Of a stretch of DNA of 64,000 nucleotides, positions 62,836 to 64,000 are shown piece by piece. Below the pieces are notes generated by a model that ran no database searches, was not told where the DNA came from, and worked only from the letters and a program-made list of their open reading frames with translations. Each line of letters starts with the position of its first letter. The stretch's first letter is position 1. Made by a program: the position numbers and the translations under genes. The stretch is from Curvularia clavata (taxonomy: Eukaryota), in assembly GCA_023920165.1 (NCBI GenBank), contig CP089277.1, forward strand, positions 1,736,001 to 1,800,000, read 5' to 3'.

Positions 62836-63828
62836 GCTGGGCTCAAGGCCGCGCTGTCATGGACAGCCGCGTCGCGTTCCGGGTATCCAGAGGGTATCAA
62901 CGTCGGGACTAGACGCGTGAGATGGGACTGGTGGCTGTTGGGCGCTGGATGGCAGCTGAGATGCAAGGGAGGTCTTGGGTGATGGGCAGATGGGCAGACA
63001 GGTACGACAGATGACAGCGAAGCAAGGGGCGGATGCAGAGGCGCTGTGGCAGCTGGCGGAGTGAGTGGTTTCGGGCTGGTAGAGCAGCCTGGCTGGAGTG
63101 CGGGCGCGTTGCGATGCGATGCTTGCGATGGCTGCGATGCGTTACCGTTGGTGCCTCGTCCTCTCGCACGCCCAGGCAAGCTGTCCTGTCCTGTCCCAGG
63201 CCGTCGCAGTCGGCCCCCACCATGGCCGTATCGGGACTAGCGCGGCTGACCAGGGTCTGAGAACGGCTGATCGTGCAACGTCATTGCACGTCCACTCGCA
63301 CCCACACACCCACACACCTTCTGCCCACGACGGCTGCATGACATCGGATTCACTTCGCCATCGCACACGCTGCCACTCTGCAACTGCACATGCACATGCA
63401 CATGACCTACACCGCCTCGTCCGGCCACAGCCTGACGCTTCCGTGCTGCCTGTTCTAGTTCCTTGCCGCCTCGGAGTACCTTGCGGCTCGTCATTGTTAC
63501 GATCGTGGATTTCTCAACTTTGCCCATCGCTGCCGTTGCACGCCTCTCGAGCGGAACCACTAGCGGCTCTTTCACCGTGGTGCATATCTAACTAGTTCCC
63601 CCGCCCGCCCCGTCGTCGTGACGCTCTTGTTCCAGCCCAGTCGTGCTCTCACCACATAACTCCACCTGCGCCTGCGCTTTCGACTGCTGTCTGCTGCCAC
63701 TGACCCCGGTCCCGTGCCTGCCAATCACAGTTTCGCCGGCCCTGACCACGGTAAGCTCCCAAGGCCTGACCACGTCGCCGCCTGCACTCAAGCCCATCGC
63801 GTGCCCTCCACACGCCCGCTGCCACATC

Positions 63829-64000
63829 ATGTCCTCGCCGCCGTCCCGTGGGCGCGATGAGTCCGCCTCCTCGCCCTTTTCCCCGCCATTGTCTCGACTC
63901 GAAACCTCTTCTCCTCGCCCAAAACCTCGCCCAAAACTCGTCTCCTTTGCCCGCGACTCGCTCACTGGTGGCCGACCAGACTTAGACGGAGACGCCCAGA
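63829..64000 (+). CDS. Possible 5' start of the next gene (partial, Ser/Pro-rich)
   Basis: ATG in a catcATG context after a pyrimidine-rich leader. The frame stays open to the window end (MSSPPSRGRDESASSPF...PDLDGDAQ). Confidence 0.4.
   Translation, partial: MSSPPSRGRDESASSPFSPPLSRLETSSPRPKPRPKLVSFARDSLTGGRPDLDGDAQ

Noticed and set aside
1..64000. Prokaryotic-type systems (CRISPR, IS elements, defence operons) or a secondary-metabolite cluster
   Set aside because: The window is intron-containing fungal DNA with no repeat-spacer array, transposase, reverse transcriptase, PKS, NRPS or terpene synthase.

Overview
Eukaryotic DNA from a filamentous ascomycete. Short GT-AG introns with CTRAY branch points and the gene set point to Pezizomycotina; a Dothideomycete is plausible but unverified. 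The window is a gene-dense, mostly housekeeping chromosome segment with about 25 protein genes. In order: GT8 glycosyltransferase, PEX3, a half-Zn-cluster protein, YOP1, an RFX transcription factor, GH5 glucanase, copper amine oxidase, FAD/folate mitochondrial carrier, SEC72, a bacterial-like flavoprotein disulfide reductase, a MARVEL protein, an omega-type GST, a BBE-like FAD oxidase, a PTH11-like receptor, a glycine-zipper protein, TUP1/rco-1, trehalose phosphorylase/synthase (GT4), GH31, RSM10, PNP1, FCF2, HapE, cytosolic MDH, TRS33 and NHX1, plus partial genes at both edges. There is one tRNA-Ala(AGC). The best hidden feature is a box C/D snoRNA (snR63/SNORD46-like guide) nested in the FCF2 intron. 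I saw no transposon, CRISPR array or secondary-metabolite core gene, and I cannot support a wholly new biological system. The best leads are the intronic snoRNA with a possible second guide, the intronless RclA/MerA-like reductase, the trehalose phosphorylase + GH31 pair, a structured NHX1 intron and a stop-codon-splitting intron in MDH. Gene models were spliced by eye, so exon boundaries are approximate, and all homology calls rest on recognised motifs rather than database searches.
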